Assembly (NCBI RefSeq): GCF_009914755.1
Contig: NC_060925.1
DNA length: 64,000 nucleotides
Direction: 5' to 3' (one strand)
From: the human T2T-CHM13v2.0 reference genome, Homo sapiens
Shown: positions 61,484 through 64,000 of the stretch, one piece after another
How the letters are laid out: every line of letters begins with the position of its first letter
Numbering within the stretch: the stretch's first letter is position 1
The notes under the pieces: generated by a model
The model's input: only the letters and a program-made list of their open reading frames with translations
Database searches by the model: none
What the model was told of the DNA's origin: nothing
Translations under genes and position numbers: made by a program

Positions 61484-62057
61484 GGTTATAAGGAGCAGAG
61501 AGTTTAATAGGCAAGAAAGATGGGGAAAGGCAGAAGATAGAAGCTCCCCCATACAGAGACAGAGGGAGGGGGGCTCCAAAGCCAAGAGAGGAAACCCCAA
61601 GTGGGGCAGAAACCAGCCAGGTGTGTATATATAGAGGCTGGAGGAGGCAGTGTATATATAGAGGCTGGAGGAGGTGGTGTCTGATTTGCATAGGGCCCAG
61701 GGGATTGGTTTGACCAGGCATATCATTCACGTAGCCTGCAAAAAAGCTGGCCCTCCCACCCTAGCCTTTTAATATGCAAATGCAGGGCACCAAGATATTC
61801 TACACACGTGGGGCTATGTGGGGGTGGCCATGTTGCCAGGAACATGTGGGGCAAGGGCAAGAAGGCCGAGGGAATCGCCATGTTGGGTAGACTCAGTTTC
61901 TAATGGACTTCATTTGTATATCAAAGGTTGCCGGCCTGGCTCTCAGAGCTGCGGCTTTACAAGAAACTTTTCCGCAGATGCTTTTAAAAATGAAAACTTC
62001 CCAAGGACTCCTTTCTCTCTATCTGCTTAAAATAATTTCTTAATAACTCCTACCACA
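61484..62057 (-). mobile_element. ERV1 3' LTR (MER50/LTR25-like), U3-R only, U5 absent
   Basis: TGTGGTAGGAGTTATTAAGAAATTATTTTAAGCAGATAG start; octamer, CCAAT and TATA motifs; truncated ~19 nt after ATTAAA. Confidence 0.85.
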
Positions 62058-62529
62058 TTCCTCCCTGTGGCGATATCACACTAACTGCTGTTACAGGGTT
62101 TTGGATGATGACTCTTTCTGGCTACTTCCTGCTGAAAAGGGGTGTTGAATGGGGAACAGCAGCTAGGGCTTCTCCTGGGGTGGATCTAAGGGTCCCCAGA
62201 AGAATGGCGTGTCCATGTGTGGTTCAGTTTGCAGCACTATTTGGAGTTTGATTGCTTCTGTGAGTTGGGTGATCCTCTCCTCTTGAGGTTCCAAGATAAA
62301 CTCGCAGCTTCCAGACCTGTTAGAAAGTGACATTCTTCACTGACCACAGGTTAGGAACCCTGTGTGGGGACTGTGTAGACAAGGTATGAGGCCAGTTCTC
62401 CCCAAGGGGCTTTTATTGGCTCTGCATGTCAAGCTTTGTTCCTTAAAGGGAAACACACACTTTCAGTCAAAGCCTTGGTAAAATAGCCAGTTTTTCCAAT
62501 TGTGTCCTGTTGACAAAGAAAAATGATTC

Positions 62530-62855
<326 letters not shown>

Positions 62856-62902
62856 AAAAAGGCATTTTAAACAAAAATTCTGATATTTAAAAACTGAAAA
62901 TA

Positions 62903-62982
62903 TGAGCCCAGGAGTTCAAGGCTGCAATGAGCCAATACTACACATTTGTACTCTCTCCTGGGTGACAGAGTGAGACTTGTCA
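62903..62982 (+). mobile_element. Alu/FLAM fragment in the retrocopy 3' UTR
   Basis: tgagcccaggagttcaaggctgca...cctgggtgacagagtgagac. Confidence 0.8.
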
Positions 62983-63265
62983 GTACTGAAAATAGAAAAG
63001 AGGGCTTTTACAATGTTGATGATGTCATCTTAGAGTGCATGATTTATAAATACACAAATATCCATGTATACTTTTACAGTGATAACTACTGGAAAAATGA
63101 GAATGTTAAAAAAGCCAATCTAGACAGAGTCCTTCTCATTCCACCTGCCTCTTTATGTTGGTAATACCAGGAGTCTTAAGAGAGCTGCTGTGGTCTATGT
63201 CACATTCATCCCAGCCTCCTTTCTAATCCTGTAGCTGATGATGAAAATGTGATAAATCCTCTGGC

Positions 63266-63634
63266 TTAGCTTTGATGCTTTTTCATTAATTCACTTCTGG
63301 TAGTAAATTGTGGCAGGTCCTCCACTTCATTCCCATCAGCCATTTCCATCACCTTGTCTAAAAGGGCTTTATTGTAACTGCAGCCCAGGAAGAGGTGGTT
63401 GGCCCAGACCATGGAGAGGGACAGCAGTTGGTCCAGGCAGCCACCGCCATTGGGCAGGTCATGGTAGTCGGGCAGGTGGCGCAGGATGAATTCCATGAGG
63501 GCCTTCCATTGCTTCTCACTCAGTAAGTAGGAGCGAAACTGCTCCGCGAACTCGGCTGCCTGCCTGCCCGAAGTGGTTGCTAAAAGAGCTGGGTTGATCT
63601 CACAACGCTTGCAGAGGTTTAGTAGAAATGCCAT
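63266..63634 (-). CDS. Candidate 122-aa gag(MA)-CDKN2AIPNL fusion ORF (coding status unproven)
   Basis: ATG at 63634 in context agcATGg; no stop until the native CDKN2AIPNL TAA. Confidence 0.25.
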   Translation of the reverse strand: MAFLLNLCKRCEINPALLATTSGRQAAEFAEQFRSYLLSEKQWKALMEFILRHLPDYHDLPNGGGCLDQLLSLSMVWANHLFLGCSYNKALLDKVMEMADGNEVEDLPQFTTRSELMKKHQS

Positions 63635-64000
63635 GCTCTTGTGCAAAATAAAATGAGTTGTTTTCTTTAAAGTTCTGAGGTTAAGGAAGTTACAGCACTC
63701 CAGAGGGGTGGGTGCAAGATGAAGATAATTTATTACCCATTTAGAAAAAGAAGCGAGAATAAAACCATCCTCTTACTCCCCTTCCTTTCCATATGACCCA
63801 GAGTAGAGGAGAAGACAGGAAGCGTCTTCCAAATGTCTTACCTCCTTGGTTTCTGGATTCCGGAACTTTTTAAAATATGCCCCCCACCCCACCCCTCCCC
63901 GCCATGGTTGTAGGCGTGGTCCTCCAAGCCATGGAACCGGATGAACTAAGTGATGGGGCTAACCATGCGTCCCACGCAGCCTTAGTTTATCCGCCTTGTG

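Overview
Primate (most likely human) intergenic DNA that is dense in repeats, with no intact multi-exon gene visible. It holds about 35 Alu/FLAM copies, L1/L2/MIR fragments, many solo ERV1, ERVL and MaLR LTRs (including an intact LTR12), a few DNA transposons and three retrocopies: RPS3A (~8.65-9.5 kb), 7SK (~16.0-16.3 kb) and CDKN2AIPNL (~62.5-63.6 kb). From memory, this order and spacing fits human 1q42.12 between PARP1 and STUM (inference, not checked). The most interesting object is at 61,456-64,000 on the minus strand. An ERV1 element appears to have captured the CDKN2AIPNL mRNA in frame with its gag matrix region, replacing most of the viral interior. Its 3' LTR stops about 19 nt after the poly(A) signal and ends in an A-tail, which suggests the chimeric transcript was later re-inserted by L1 machinery. 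It still carries an open 122-codon gag/XTBD fusion frame with a strong Kozak ATG. Repeat subfamily names were recognised by eye and are approximate. Boundaries are accurate to about 10-20 nt unless a TSD is cited.
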